In this document: positions 1-11,318 of the stretch, one piece after another
Layout: the number at the start of each line of letters is the position of its first letter
Numbering within the stretch: the first letter of the stretch is position 1
Source: Clostridia bacterium
GTDB lineage: Bacteria; Bacillota; Clostridia; Monoglobales; Monoglobaceae
Assembly: GCA_045587485.1 (NCBI GenBank)
Contig: JAZNCI010000080.1
Span: 18,336-82,335 of the forward strand
DNA length: 64,000 nt
Reading direction: 5' to 3'
Notes under the pieces: model-generated
Databases searched by the model: none
The model's input: only the letters and a program-made list of their open reading frames with translations
What the model was told of the DNA's origin: nothing
Program-made: the position numbers and the translations under genes

Positions 1-3000
1 CGAATCTCTGACCGCCGAACTGAGCTTTACCGCCCAGAGGCTGCTGAGTAACAAGTGAGTAAGGACCTGTTGAACGGGCGTGAATTTTATCATCAACCAA
101 GTGAGCAAGTTTAAGCATATGCATATAACCAACTGTTACGCGGTTGTCAAATGGCTCACCTGTACGACCGTCATAAAGTATAGTTTTACCGTCGCGTGAG
201 TAGCCCGCTTGTTCCAAAGCGTCCATAATATCTTCTTCGTTCGCACCGTCAAAAACAGGTGTTGCAACCTTCCATCCAAGTGCTTTTGCTGCATAGCCAA
301 GATGAACTTCAAGTACCTGACCGATGTTCATACGTGAAGGTACGCCCAGAGGGTTGAGAACAATCTGCAACGGTGTTCCATCAGGGAGGAAGGGCATATC
401 TTCTTCGGGAAGAATTCTTGAAATAACACCCTTATTACCATGGCGACCTGCCATTTTATCGCCGACAGAAATTTTTCTCTTCTGTGCGATATAGCAGCGG
501 ACTATCTGGGATACACCGGGAGGAAGCTCGTCGCTGTTTTCACGGGTAAATACTTTAACATCAACAATAATACCATATTCGCCGTGTGGTACACGGAGAG
601 ATGTGTCGCGAACCTCACGTGCTTTTTCTCCAAAAATTGCACGGAGCAGACGTTCTTCGGCTGACAACTCGGTTTCGCCTTTTGGAGTAACCTTACCAAC
701 CAGAATGTCGCCGCTTGAAACCTCGGCACCGATGCGTATAATTCCGCGTTCGTCAAGATCTTTCAATGCGTCTTCACCCACATTTGGAATATCACGGGTA
801 ATTTCTTCAGGACCAAGCTTGGTATCACGTGATTCAATTTCGTATTCTTCGATGTGGATTGATGTGAGAATATCATCCTTAACAAGCTGTTCACTGATAA
901 GCATAGCATCCTCGTAGTTATAGCCTTCCCAAGTCATAAAACCGATAAGGATATTTCTTCCGAGACCGATTTCACCGTTCTTTGTTGAGGGACCATCTGC
1001 AATAATGTCGCCAGCTTCAACCCTTTCACCCTCTGTTACGATAGGTCTTTGGTTGATGCACATACCCTGGTTTGAACGCATAAACTTGATGAGCTTATAG
1101 TTGTCTGAATCACCGTCATCCGTTGCAATCTCGATCTGGCGGGCAGAAACTTTTTTAACAACACCGCTACGCTTTGCAAGGATACAAACGCCGGAGTCTT
1201 TAGCTGTTTTAAATTCCATACCCGTGCCGATAATTGGCGACTCGGGACAGAGAAGGGGAACGGCCTGACGCTGCATGTTAGAACCCATCAGTGCGCGGTT
1301 AGCATCGTCGTTTTCAAGGAAGGGAATCATTGCTGTAGCAATGGATGTTACCTGACGTGGCGAAACATCCATATAGTCAACTTGGCACTTGCCGGGCTCA
1401 GCAGAGATTTCAAGAAATTCATCCCTATATCTTGTAACTACCTTTTTTGCAATAAACTTTCCGTTTTCGTCGAGAGGCTCATTTGCCTGTGCAATATAGT
1501 ATCCGTCCTCAGTGTCGGCTGTCATATATTCAACCACATCGGTTACACAGCCTGTTTCCTTGTCGACCTTGCGGTAGGGGGCTTCAATGAAACCGTATTC
1601 GTTTACCTTTGCAAAGCCTGAAAGCGAGTTGATAAGACCGATGTTGGGACCTTCAGGTGTTTCGATTGGACACATACGTCCGTAATGTGAATGGTGAACG
1701 TCACGAACTTCAAAACCGGCTCTTTCTCTTGAAAGACCACCGGGACCAAGTGCCGAGAGTCTTCTCTTGTGGGTAAGCTCACCAAGGGGGTTGATCTGGT
1801 CCATAAACTGTGAAAGCTGTGATGAACCAAAGAATTCCTTAACTGCTGATGTTACGGGACGAATGTTTATGAGGGTCTGGGGAGTAACAACATCCAAATC
1901 TTGTGTGGACATTCTTTCGCGAACAACTCTTTCCATTCTTGAAAGACCAATTCTGAATTGATTCTGGAGAAGCTCGCCAACGCTGCGAAGACGACGGTTG
2001 CCCAGATGGTCAATATCATCAACGTTGCCTATACCTGCTGCCAGGTTTCCGACGTAAGAAATAGAGGCAAGAATGTCGTCAACAAGAATGTGTTTGGGGA
2101 TAAGTTCGTCACGGCGTTCGCGAAGAGCATTCTTGAATTCGTCGGAGTTGACGTCAGGAAACTCGTCCATAATCTGTTTAAGAACCGAGTAACGAACGTT
2201 TTCATTTATTTCGTAATCTCTTGGGTTGTAGTCAACAAGGTCGCGAAGGTCAACCATACCGTTAGAGATAACATTTGTTGTGTGCTCGTTGTCTACTTTA
2301 ATAACAACTTTATTGATGTTTGCAATTTCAAGGGCATGAGCCATTTCCTTGGTGATTTTTTCACCTGCAGAAACTATAAGCTCGCCGGTTTCCTTGTCAA
2401 CAATGTTTTCAGCCGAAATCTGACCGACAATACGTGCAGCCATACGAAGTTTTTTGTTGAATTTATATCTGCCTACACGGGCAAGGTCATAACGCTTGGG
2501 GTCAAAGAAGAGATTTGTGATAAGAGACTGTGCGCTTTCTACCGTGGGGGGTTCGCCCGGGCGAAGCTTGCGGTAAATCTCAAGCAGACCCTCTTCGACT
2601 GTCTTGGTTGTGTCCTTTTCCATTGTGCGCATAATACGGTCATCTTCGCCGAAAAGTTCGGTAATTTCCGCATCTGTACCAACGCCTAGAGCACGAATAA
2701 GAACAGTAATGGGAGTTTTTCTCATTTTGTCAATCTTAACGTGGAAAAGGTCGTTGCTGTCGGTTTCGTATTCGAGCCAGGCTCCTCGGTTGGGAATAAC
2801 CTGAGATGAAAATAGCTTTTTGCCGATTTTGTCGTATTTCTCAGCGAAATATACACTTGGGGCACGGACAAGCTGGCTGACGATAACACGCTCAGCACCG
2901 TTTATAATAAAGGTACCTGACGGAGTCATAATCGGGAAATCGCCCATAAAGATTTCCTGCTCCTTAACCTCACCGGTTTCCTTATTAATAAGACGAACCT

Positions 3001-3280
3001 TTACTCTGAGTGGCGCCGCATATGTAGCGTCACGCTCTTTACACTCTTCAATGTCATATTTGGGGTTCATATCTATTCTGTAATCAATAAATTCCAGAAT
3101 AAGATTGCCGGTGTAGTCAGTGATAGGTGACACATCGTGGAAGACTTCCTTTAAGCCTTCGCTTAAAAACCAGTCATAAGAATTTTTCTGGATTTCGATA
3201 AGGTTTGGCATTTCAACAACTTCCCTTATCTTACCATAGCTCATTCGGGTGTTTTTGCCAAGTTTCACCGGATGTACCAT
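1..3280 (-). CDS. rpoB: DNA-directed RNA polymerase beta subunit, N-terminal ~1093 codons (3' end lies beyond the window start)
   Basis: It is absent from the ORF track because it is open at the window edge. Read on the reverse strand, it starts [38 protein letters not shown] from the ATG at 3280-3278. Bases ~131-1 read [43 protein letters not shown]. Both are canonical RpoB blocks. Confidence 0.95.
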   Translation of the reverse strand, partial: MVHPVKLGKNTRMSYGKIREVVEMPNLIEIQKNSYDWFLSEGLKEVFHDVSPITDYTGNLILEFIDYRIDMNPKYDIEECKERDATYAAPLRVKVRLINKETGEVKEQEIFMGDFPIMTPSGTFIINGAERVIVSQLVRAPSVYFAEKYDKIGKKLFSSQVIPNRGAWLEYETDSNDLFHVKIDKMRKTPITVLIRALGVGTDAEITELFGEDDRIMRTMEKDTTKTVEEGLLEIYRKLRPGEPPTVESAQSLITNLFFDPKRYDLARVGRYKFNKKLRMAARIVGQISAENIVDKETGELIVSAGEKITKEMAHALEIANINKVVIKVDNEHTTNVISNGMVDLRDLVDYNPRDYEINENVRYSVLKQIMDEFPDVNSDEFKNALRERRDELIPKHILVDDILASISYVGNLAAGIGNVDDIDHLGNRRLRSVGELLQNQFRIGLSRMERVVRERMSTQDLDVVTPQTLINIRPVTSAVKEFFGSSQLSQFMDQINPLGELTHKRRLSALGPGGLSRERAGFEVRDVHHSHYGRMCPIETPEGPNIGLINSLSGFAKVNEYGFIEAPYRKVDKETGCVTDVVEYMTADTEDGYYIAQANEPLDENGKFIAKKVVTRYRDEFLEISAEPGKCQVDYMDVSPRQVTSIATAMIPFLENDDANRALMGSNMQRQAVPLLCPESPIIGTGMEFKTAKDSGVCILAKRSGVVKKVSARQIEIATDDGDSDNYKLIKFMRSNQGMCINQRPIVTEGERVEAGDIIADGPSTKNGEIGLGRNILIGFMTWEGYNYEDAMLISEQLVKDDILTSIHIEEYEIESRDTKLGPEEITRDIPNVGEDALKDLDERGIIRIGAEVSSGDILVGKVTPKGETELSAEERLLRAIFGEKAREVRDTSLRVPHGEYGIIVDVKVFTRENSDELPPGVSQIVRCYIAQKRKISVGDKMAGRHGNKGVISRILPEEDMPFLPDGTPLQIVLNPLGVPSRMNIGQVLEVHLGYAAKALGWKVATPVFDGANEEDIMDALEQAGYSRDGKTILYDGRTGEPFDNRVTVGYMHMLKLAHLVDDKIHARSTGPYSLVTQQPLGGKAQFGGQRF

Positions 3281-3639
3281 AAAATAATCACCTCTTCGTT
3301 AGATTTGCAGATGGGGCAAAATGTCATCTGCATTGTGTATTAAGCACGTATAGCAACACAATATATTGTAATAATTTTCGTAATATGGTAAAATTTTCAC
3401 AAAAATATTTTAAACAACTATTGCTTTTTTCATACATATGTGATATACTGCAAATACAGTAAAAAATATGGGTGAAATTTAAAAATACGCAAAAGTACGC
3501 ACTATAATAGGTAACTATTATATCACAAGGTTTTGCCTTTGTCAATGTGTTTTTGTAAATTTTGGTGAAAATATTTTTGGATAAGGCATTAAGCTTATTT
3601 ATAGCTTGATGCCTTACGTTTAATGAGAGGGACAAATAT

Positions 3640-4491
3640 ATGAAGCTTTATAATCCTTCAGAGCTTAAAGGCATTATTGAAAACCACGGGTTTTCCTTTT
3701 CGAAATCTCTGGGACAGAATTTCCTTATAGATAAAGGTGTTCTCGATAAAATCGTTTTTAGTTCGGGAGTGGATAAAAATTCGTGTGCATTAGAAATTGG
3801 GCCTGGTGCCGGAGTTCTTACGAGAGAGTTGGCACAGACGGCAGGTTGGGTTGTGGCGATTGAAATTGACAAAAGTCTGATGCCGCTTCTTGATTATACT
3901 GTTGGCGAGTTTGATAATGTATCAATTGTTAACGAAGACGTACTTAAAGTGGATTTAAAACGACTGATTGAAGAAAAATTTGGAGAAAGACCTGTCCATG
4001 TTGTGGCAAACCTTCCTTATTATATAACAACACCTATAATAATGAAATTTCTTGAGGAAGGAATTCCGGTTAAATCATTAACAGTAATGGTGCAGAAGGA
4101 GGTTGCTGACCGTATGGCAGCCTCTCCGGGGGGCAAGGATTATGGGGCGCTTTCTGCGGCGGTACAGTTCTATACCGTGCCAAAGATAATAACAAAAGCC
4201 GAACCCCACTGCTTTATGCCCCAGCCCAAGGTTGCGTCGGTGGTCATACATCTGGAGGTTCAGGATAAACCCACCGTTGAGGTTAAGGATAAGGAAAAGA
4301 TGTTTGCCATTATTAAATCTGCGTTTGGACAAAGAAGAAAAACACTTATTAACGCACTTTCAAAAAGTCCATATATTAATATAGGAAAGAACTCTGTTCA
4401 AAACGCACTTGAAGAAATGGGCGTTGATATAAACATAAGAGGAGAAAAATTGAGTCTTGAGCAGTTTGCAAGGCTTTCGGATTTATTGTAA
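3640..4491 (+). CDS. rsmA: 16S rRNA (adenine1518/1519-N6)-dimethyltransferase
   Basis: 283 aa. The N-terminus KSLGQNFLID and the SAM-binding block LEIGPGAGVLT are typical of KsgA/RsmA. Confidence 0.93.
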   Translation: MKLYNPSELKGIIENHGFSFSKSLGQNFLIDKGVLDKIVFSSGVDKNSCALEIGPGAGVLTRELAQTAGWVVAIEIDKSLMPLLDYTVGEFDNVSIVNEDVLKVDLKRLIEEKFGERPVHVVANLPYYITTPIIMKFLEEGIPVKSLTVMVQKEVADRMAASPGGKDYGALSAAVQFYTVPKIITKAEPHCFMPQPKVASVVIHLEVQDKPTVEVKDKEKMFAIIKSAFGQRRKTLINALSKSPYINIGKNSVQNALEEMGVDINIRGEKLSLEQFARLSDLL

Positions 4492-4509
4492 AAAGAAGGA
4501 GAAAAAAGA

Positions 4510-4791
4510 ATGACAAGTAAAGAAAGAGCATATCTCAAAAGGCTGGCTGCCAATGTGCCGGCACTCTATCAAATAGGAAAGGACGGAATTTCGCAGAACG
4601 TAATAAAATCTACCGACGCAGCTCTTGCGGCACGTGAGCTTATTAAGGTTCACGTTCTTGAAAACTCTATGCTTGATATACGTGAGGCAGCAGACGAACT
4701 GGCAAAGCAAACGGCGGCGCAGGTCGTAATTGTTATGGGCAACAAGTTTGTGCTTTACAGACGCAGCGAGAAAAATATTTGCGAGATGTAA
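4510..4791 (+). CDS. yhbY: YhbY-like CRM-domain RNA-binding protein
   Basis: 93 aa. The pattern LTSKERAYLKRLA...IGKDGIS...ELIKVHVL matches the YhbY/CRS1 family. Confidence 0.8.
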   Translation: MTSKERAYLKRLAANVPALYQIGKDGISQNVIKSTDAALAARELIKVHVLENSMLDIREAADELAKQTAAQVVIVMGNKFVLYRRSEKNICEM

Positions 4792-4894
4792 GTTTTTAGT
4801 TGGAACAATTGACACGATTGTAATTTTGGTGATATAATCAATAAAGATTTAACCTATTGGGTTATTTGGTTCAGAGAAAGGCAAATGATTTAAA

Positions 4895-5872
4895 TTGAGC
4901 ATGTTTAGTAAAAAAGGAATAATAATATTATCTGTGGTATGCGTCTTTTGTGTCGTTTTTGCTACATTTGGCGGAGTATTGTCGGCAAAACTTCTGTCGG
5001 GCTTGTATCTTGGCGAAGAAATTACTCTTGCGACACTTGACAAGCAAACTGCAGATGTTGGAGTTGTAAATATTCTGTTTCTTGGTACGGATGAGGGCGG
5101 AATGCGTAGTGATACTATAATGTTGGCAAGTCTTAACGGGCGCACCGGCAAGGTGAATATTCTTTCCATTCCCCGTGATACCCGTGTGCGTATGGGCAGA
5201 GGACATCAAAAGATAAATGCAGCATTGGGAATTGGTGTAAATGAGGTGGCAAGAGGAAATATTCAGGAGCCAGAGGAACTGTGCGTGGAAAAAGTAAAGC
5301 TCCTGACGGGATTGCCTGTTCATTATTTTATGACCATTAATTTTGATGGTTTTAAGGAGATTATTGATGCACTGGGCGGTGTTGACTTTGAAGTTCCGTT
5401 TCATATGAAATATGACGACCCTGTTCAAAACCTGCACATTGATATTCCGGCGGGCATGCAGCATCTTGACGGTAAGGCGGCCCATGACTTCGTTCGTTTC
5501 AGACAGGGTAATCCCGGCTATAAGGGGTATGCTATGGGAGATTTGGGCAGAATTGAAGCCCAACAGGCATTTCTCAAGGCGTTGGTTGACCAGAAGCTTA
5601 AGCCAAAATACCTGCTTAAAGCTGGGGAGCTGTTTGATGTTGTGCGTGATAATGTAAGAACAAATTACACAGCAAAGGACTTGCTAAGACATATTGCTAC
5701 AATCAGCAAAATAAGCTCTGAAAATATTAATATGATGCAGTTGCCCGGCGCACCACAGACAATCGGCGGCGTATCTTACTATCTGTGTAGCGATGCAAAG
5801 ATGAGAGAGCTGTCAAATACGGTATTCAGCCCCAAACCGACAGAATATGCTGCCGAAATGGAAAATAAATAA
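4895..5872 (+). CDS. LytR-CpsA-Psr (LCP) family cell-wall polymer ligase
   Basis: It has an N-terminal TM anchor and the LCP core LGTDEGGMRSDTIMLASL...ILSIPRDT. The start is either TTG 4895 or ATG 4901. Confidence 0.88.
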   Translation: MSMFSKKGIIILSVVCVFCVVFATFGGVLSAKLLSGLYLGEEITLATLDKQTADVGVVNILFLGTDEGGMRSDTIMLASLNGRTGKVNILSIPRDTRVRMGRGHQKINAALGIGVNEVARGNIQEPEELCVEKVKLLTGLPVHYFMTINFDGFKEIIDALGGVDFEVPFHMKYDDPVQNLHIDIPAGMQHLDGKAAHDFVRFRQGNPGYKGYAMGDLGRIEAQQAFLKALVDQKLKPKYLLKAGELFDVVRDNVRTNYTAKDLLRHIATISKISSENINMMQLPGAPQTIGGVSYYLCSDAKMRELSNTVFSPKPTEYAAEMENK

Positions 5873-5887
5873 AAAAGGAATGTGTTT

Positions 5888-8170
5888 ATGAGAGTTTTAA
5901 TGGCGACAATGCAGTTGGATATAGGCGGAGCGGAAACTCACATTGTTGAGCTTTCCAAGGCCTTGGTGCGATGCGGTATAGAGGTGTATGTTGCCTCAAA
6001 GGGCGGCGCATATGTAAAGGAGCTTGAGGCGTCGGGGATAACGCATTTTGAAGTTCCTCTTCACAACAAACGAATAGGCTCGCTTATAAGCGCCTACAAA
6101 AAACTTGAACAAATTATACTCGAATATAAGATTGATGTTGTACACTCGCATGCCAGAATTCCCGGATTTTTGTGTGGGCTTTTGCAAAAAAAATATGGGT
6201 TTCGATTTGTAACAACTGCGCATTGGGTGTTTGATACAAGATTTCCGTTTAATTTACTTAGCAACTGGGGCGACCGTTCCTTAGCGGTAAGTGACGATAT
6301 AAAACAGTATCTTGTAGACAATTATGGTTGCGATTCAGAAAACATAAGAGTGACAATCAATGGCGTTGATATGGAAAAGTTCTCAGAAAATGTGGATTTT
6401 TCTGATATTGCAAAGGAATTTGACTTTGGCGAAGACAAGACAAGAATTGTATATGTAAGCCGAATGGATGTTGACCGCAGTTATGCCGCACACAAATTAA
6501 TCGAGGCGGTTCCTGATTTATATGCAGAAATTCCAAACCTTGAGGTGGTCATTGTTGGCGGCGGAAATGATTTTGAAAAGATAAGAAAAGAAGCCGAGAA
6601 AATGAACGAAGAAACCGGTTCGAGAATTATAATTACAACCGGCGCCCGTACAGATATAAACAAATTTGTAGCATCGGGCGACGTGTTTGTGGGTGTCAGC
6701 CGTGCGGCATTGGAGGCAATGGCGTGTCACAAGCCTGCAATAATTGCAGGCAATGAAGGTTATATTGGTATTTTTGACGAGGACAAGCTTCAAATCTCAA
6801 TTGATACAAATTTTTGTTGTCGCGGCTGTGAAATGACAACCACCAGGCAGCTCAAGGATGATTTGCTCAAAATTCTTGAGCCTGAAAAAGCAGAATACAG
6901 AAAGCATCTTGGCGATATGTCGATTAATACGGTCAAAAAGTATTATTCGGTTGAGACAATGGCAAACGATGCTGTTAAGATGTATATATCAATTATTAAA
7001 AACTCAAAGATAAACGAGGTTGATGTTTCAGAGCTTGAGGATATTGAAAAATATCTGCCCCATGGCAACAGCAAACGGAACATAGATGTTATGATTTCGG
7101 GGTACTATGGTTTTCACAACAGCGGTGACGACTCCATTTTGTCTGCAATTATCAGCAATCTCCGCAAAAAATGCCCCAATATAAGCATAACAGTTCTTTC
7201 AAAAAATCCCCATGAAACCGCAAGGATACATGGGGTAAGTGCGATTGACAGATTTAATATCCGCAAGATTACAGCAGCTCTCAAACGCACAAAGCTGCTC
7301 ATCAGTGGTGGTGGAAGCTTGCTTCAGGACGTCACCAGTTCGGCATCCCTTTATTATTATCTTACGGTTATGCATTTGGCAAAGCTCTGCGGCGCCAAGG
7401 TTATGCTGTATGCTAATGGTATAGGACCAATTTCAAAAAAAAGAAACATAAGATATGTTAAAAAGACCGTGAACAAAACTGACCTTGTAACCCTTCGTGA
7501 AAAGAATTCCCGTGTGGAGCTCCAGGGAATTTTAGAGGAGAGCGTACCTGTTTTTGTAACAGCTGACCCCGTATATGCCTTGGAGAATGGCGACAGTGTA
7601 TTGGTTGACGAGGCGCTAATGCGTGCGGGAATTTCGGACGAAACCGACTTTTTTATAATTGCTTTAAGGGAATGGAAATACAGCGATAAAGAAATTGAAA
7701 CAAAAATTGCTGAGTTTGCAGATGTGATTTCCCGAAAGTATGGAATAGTTCCTCTTGTGGTGCCTATGCAGGGTATTTATGACAAAGAGATTTCCCAAAG
7801 AATTGCGGATAAAATTAATAGCAGATGTGTTTTGCTTGAAAGCGGTTTGCCCCCCAAAACCATGATAGGCATTGTGGGAAAAGCAAGGTTTGTTGTGGGG
7901 ATGCGCCTGCATACATTAATTTATGCGGTAAAAAATGCAGTTCCTGCCATTGCTCTTGATTATGACCCGAAGGTGGATGCTGTTATGGAATCTGCAGGTC
8001 AAAGGTTTTCTATGAAGGTAGAGCAGATTGATGTTGAAAGACTGTGCTCTCTTGCGGATGAGATAATTGAAACACGTGAAGAGATTTCCCGCCAGTTATT
8101 TGAAAAAAGTCAACAGTATAATGTGCTTGCAGAAAAGAATGTTCAGATGGCAATAGACCTTCTTAAATAA
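5888..8170 (+). CDS. Fusion protein: GT4-type glycosyltransferase (N-terminal) plus polysaccharide pyruvyl transferase CsaB (C-terminal)
   Basis: The N-terminus MRVLMATMQLDIGGAETHIVEL is typical of group-1 glycosyltransferases. The C-terminal half, with GYYGFHNSGDDSIL and LISGGGSLLQDVTS, is the CsaB/pyruvyl-transferase signature. I place the start at ATG 5888, 8 nt after AAGGAA. The track begins at GTG 5882. Confidence 0.8.
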   Translation: MRVLMATMQLDIGGAETHIVELSKALVRCGIEVYVASKGGAYVKELEASGITHFEVPLHNKRIGSLISAYKKLEQIILEYKIDVVHSHARIPGFLCGLLQKKYGFRFVTTAHWVFDTRFPFNLLSNWGDRSLAVSDDIKQYLVDNYGCDSENIRVTINGVDMEKFSENVDFSDIAKEFDFGEDKTRIVYVSRMDVDRSYAAHKLIEAVPDLYAEIPNLEVVIVGGGNDFEKIRKEAEKMNEETGSRIIITTGARTDINKFVASGDVFVGVSRAALEAMACHKPAIIAGNEGYIGIFDEDKLQISIDTNFCCRGCEMTTTRQLKDDLLKILEPEKAEYRKHLGDMSINTVKKYYSVETMANDAVKMYISIIKNSKINEVDVSELEDIEKYLPHGNSKRNIDVMISGYYGFHNSGDDSILSAIISNLRKKCPNISITVLSKNPHETARIHGVSAIDRFNIRKITAALKRTKLLISGGGSLLQDVTSSASLYYYLTVMHLAKLCGAKVMLYANGIGPISKKRNIRYVKKTVNKTDLVTLREKNSRVELQGILEESVPVFVTADPVYALENGDSVLVDEALMRAGISDETDFFIIALREWKYSDKEIETKIAEFADVISRKYGIVPLVVPMQGIYDKEISQRIADKINSRCVLLESGLPPKTMIGIVGKARFVVGMRLHTLIYAVKNAVPAIALDYDPKVDAVMESAGQRFSMKVEQIDVERLCSLADEIIETREEISRQLFEKSQQYNVLAEKNVQMAIDLLK

Positions 8171-8203
8171 ACATAGAGGATATTAAAATAGTCTGTACGG
8201 GGG

Positions 8204-9874
8204 ATGCAAATGAAAGATAAAGACACATTAAAATGGATATATTCTCACTCTAAATCTCAGCTGGTGTTGATTGTGATACTTGCGGTTATGCGATGCTCGC
8301 TGACAGTTCTGGGGGTTGTGTTTGCTTTGACCTCAAGATTGGTAATTGATGCAGCGGTAGCAAAGGACGTAAACGGCCTTATATCTGCTGCTGTGAAGCT
8401 TTTGGTAATTATACTGTCACAGATTATAATCAGGCTGGCAGGGCAGGCAACCGAGGCACACGTTGGGGCAAGGCTCAGATTAAGGATGAGAAACAAGCTT
8501 TTTACAGCAATATTAAAAAAAGATTATCACTCAGTCACGGCGTATCATTCGGGCGACCTTCTTGCAAGGCTAAATGATGATATTTCGGTGGTATCCGGCG
8601 GAATCCTTTCGCTTATCCCCAGTGTTCTTGCCCTTTTGGTGGGACTTGTCTACGCACTTTATTCTTTAACTCGTCTTGACAGAAATTTTGCGTTTATCTT
8701 TTTCTTTGGCGGGATTTTGTTGTTGATTGTAATAACTGCATTTCGCAAAGTGCTTAAGGGCACACATAAGCGTGTTCAGGAAACCGAGGCAAAAGTTCGT
8801 TCTTTTTTGCAGGAATCCCTTGGCAGTCTGCTTATGATAAAGGTATTCGGCATTGAGAACAGAATTTCGCAAAATGCGGCAGAACTTCAGGAAGAAAATT
8901 ATAAGGCACAGATGGTTCGTCGCAACTTGACGATTTTTTCCACATCGGGGCTTAGTATGATTTTCAGCCTTGGCTCACTTTATGCATTGGTATGGAGCTC
9001 TTACCGTTTGTTTTTGGGCAGCATAACATTTGGTACATTGACGGCTATACTCCAGCTTGTAAGTCAAATTCAGGCGCCTTTCGCAAGTCTTTCAGGGGTT
9101 GTTCCGCAGTACTACTCGATTATTGCGTCATCGGAGCGAATTATTGAAATCGATAATTTGCCCAATGAAAAAGAGGAGCACAAGCTGCTTGACCCCCAAA
9201 AGGCATATGAATCGCTGCAGTCAATGTGCTTTGATAGAATTTCGTTCGGGTATGGCAGAGATGTCATTTTTGAAAATGCAAGCCTCAGCATAGACAGGGG
9301 CGACTTTGCTGTTATTGCGGGTATATCAGGCATAGGTAAAAGCACGCTTATTAAATTGCTTTTGGGTGTTTTTGTGCCGCAAAAGGGCGAAATTTTCCTC
9401 AAAATGTCCCATGAAAATCTAAATGTGGGAAAGTTCTCCCGACCATTGTTCTCTTATGTTCCACAGGGAAATTTGTTGCTTTCTGGCACAATTCGTGATG
9501 CAGTATCAATGGTAAAACCCGATGCGTCGGATGAAGAGATTATGCAGGCAGCAAGGATAAGCTGTGCGGCTGATTTCATTAACAAACTGCCTAAAGGTCT
9601 TGATACCGAAATAGGCGAAAAAGGAATGGGATTATCCGAGGGTCAGGTTCAGCGCCTTGCGGTATGTCGTGCAATACTTTCAGATGCACCGGTAATTCTT
9701 CTTGACGAGGCAACCTCTGCGTTGGATGAAGAAACCGAAGAAAAGATGCTACAGAATATCAAGGGCCTTAAAAATAAGACCTGTATAATAATTTCACATA
9801 AACGGGCGGCGTTTAATATATGTAACAAGCATATTTATATTGAAAACAAGAAGATAAGGACAGAAGAAAAATAG
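8204..9874 (+). CDS. ABC exporter, fused permease/ATPase (MsbA-like half transporter)
   Basis: Six-TM N-terminal domain. Walker A GISGIGKST, signature LSEGQVQRLAVCRA, Walker B ILLDEATSALD. Confidence 0.88.
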   Translation: MQMKDKDTLKWIYSHSKSQLVLIVILAVMRCSLTVLGVVFALTSRLVIDAAVAKDVNGLISAAVKLLVIILSQIIIRLAGQATEAHVGARLRLRMRNKLFTAILKKDYHSVTAYHSGDLLARLNDDISVVSGGILSLIPSVLALLVGLVYALYSLTRLDRNFAFIFFFGGILLLIVITAFRKVLKGTHKRVQETEAKVRSFLQESLGSLLMIKVFGIENRISQNAAELQEENYKAQMVRRNLTIFSTSGLSMIFSLGSLYALVWSSYRLFLGSITFGTLTAILQLVSQIQAPFASLSGVVPQYYSIIASSERIIEIDNLPNEKEEHKLLDPQKAYESLQSMCFDRISFGYGRDVIFENASLSIDRGDFAVIAGISGIGKSTLIKLLLGVFVPQKGEIFLKMSHENLNVGKFSRPLFSYVPQGNLLLSGTIRDAVSMVKPDASDEEIMQAARISCAADFINKLPKGLDTEIGEKGMGLSEGQVQRLAVCRAILSDAPVILLDEATSALDEETEEKMLQNIKGLKNKTCIIISHKRAAFNICNKHIYIENKKIRTEEK

Positions 9875-9883
9875 TAATAACAA

Positions 9884-9915
9884 AATGGTGCAGTTCATAT
9901 GAACTGCACCATTTT
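9884..9915. terminator. Bidirectional hairpin terminator between the ABC exporter (+) and murC (-)
   Basis: AATGGTGCAGTTC-ATAT-GAACTGCACCATT is a perfect 13-bp stem with a T-run on + and an A-run upstream. Confidence 0.75.
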
Positions 9916-9932
9916 TAAGTTTTGGAATATAT

Positions 9933-11318
9933 CTATTTTCCTCCCAGCTTATAGCCCAGCTTAAAGATATCGCCGGCTCCCATTGTTATTACAACATCTC
10001 CCGGCTTGGCATTTTTGAGGATATACCGTTCGATTGCTCCAAAATCATTCATATATATTCCGTTTTCCATAAGTTGCACCACATCGCATGAATGAATAGT
10101 TCCGTCATATTCTTCACGAGCGGGATAAACATCGGTTACAATTGACTTATCCGCAAGCTCCAATGCCTTGGCAAATGCCTGAGTAAAGGCTTTGGTCCTT
10201 GAATAGGTATGTGGTTGAAAAATACACCACACATCACCTTCCGCGACTGTCCGTGCCGCTTTAAGACAGCTTTCTATTTCGGTTGGATGATGGGCATAAT
10301 CGTCCAGAATTTTTATTCCCTGAACCTCGCCGATGTTTTCAAATCTGCGTTTTGTGCCCATATAACTTTCCAGACCACGCTTGATGGTGTCGGGGTCAAT
10401 TCCCAGTTCCCATCCTGCGGCAAAGGCACCCAATGCATTTTTGACATTGTGTTCTCCTGGAATGAACAGTGCAATTTGCACAGTTTTTTTACCATATGCG
10501 TATACGTCAAATACGGTGCGCCCATGATTGTCTGTATGGATGTTATCGGCGTAAAAATCGGTATTTTTACTAATTATGCCGTATTTCAAGACTTTTTTAT
10601 CGCTATTTTGCACAACAGAAAGACAGTTTTTATCGTCAGAACAAACAATAATGCACCCATCAGGTGAATTTAGTCTTGTAAATTTTTCAAAAGCTGATAT
10701 AATATGATTAATATCAGTAAAATAGTCAAGGTGGTCTTCTTCTACATTGGTGATTATTGAAATAAAGGGATTAAAGTGGAGAAAGCTTTCTACATATTCA
10801 CAGGCTTCAAAAACAAGATAATCTTCTTTTCCGAGTTTGTAATTGCCGCCGATTTGTGAGAGTTCTCCGCCTACCAATATTGTGGGATCAAGTCCGGCTT
10901 CAAGAAGAACCAACGACAACATTGATGTTGTTGTGGTTTTTCCGTGCGTTCCGGCAACAGCCACCGGAAATTTATATTTTTTCATAAGCTGGCCCAGCAG
11001 CTCGGCACGTTCCATAATGGGTATGTCGAGTGAACGAGCCTTAACAAGCTCAGGATTATCCTGAGCAATTGCCGCAGTGTAGCAAACTAAATCTGGGTCT
11101 GATACAGCGGATGTATCGTGACCTATGGTAATCTTAAAGCCGGCATTTGCCAGTTGTTTTGTTATTTTTGTTTCGGTTCTGTCCGAGCCGGATACATGGT
11201 ATCCGAAATATTTCAGCATATGCGCCAAAGCGCTCATGCTTATTCCGCCGATACCGACCATATGTATATATGCATTTTTCGGAAGATTTGAAAGCTGAAC
11301 GGTTTTCATATGTTCCAT
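9933..11318 (-). CDS. murC: UDP-N-acetylmuramate--L-alanine ligase
   Basis: 461 aa. HMVGIGGISMSALA and AVAGTHGKTTTTSM (Mur ligase P-loop) are present. Confidence 0.93.
   Translation of the reverse strand: MEHMKTVQLSNLPKNAYIHMVGIGGISMSALAHMLKYFGYHVSGSDRTETKITKQLANAGFKITIGHDTSAVSDPDLVCYTAAIAQDNPELVKARSLDIPIMERAELLGQLMKKYKFPVAVAGTHGKTTTTSMLSLVLLEAGLDPTILVGGELSQIGGNYKLGKEDYLVFEACEYVESFLHFNPFISIITNVEEDHLDYFTDINHIISAFEKFTRLNSPDGCIIVCSDDKNCLSVVQNSDKKVLKYGIISKNTDFYADNIHTDNHGRTVFDVYAYGKKTVQIALFIPGEHNVKNALGAFAAGWELGIDPDTIKRGLESYMGTKRRFENIGEVQGIKILDDYAHHPTEIESCLKAARTVAEGDVWCIFQPHTYSRTKAFTQAFAKALELADKSIVTDVYPAREEYDGTIHSCDVVQLMENGIYMNDFGAIERYILKNAKPGDVVITMGAGDIFKLGYKLGGK

Noticed and set aside
440-3083. 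Several plus-strand ORFs (74-243 aa) in the track
   Set aside because: They lie antisense to, or out of frame within, the clearly recognisable rpoB coding sequence on the minus strand. They have odd composition, no RBS and no recognisable motifs.
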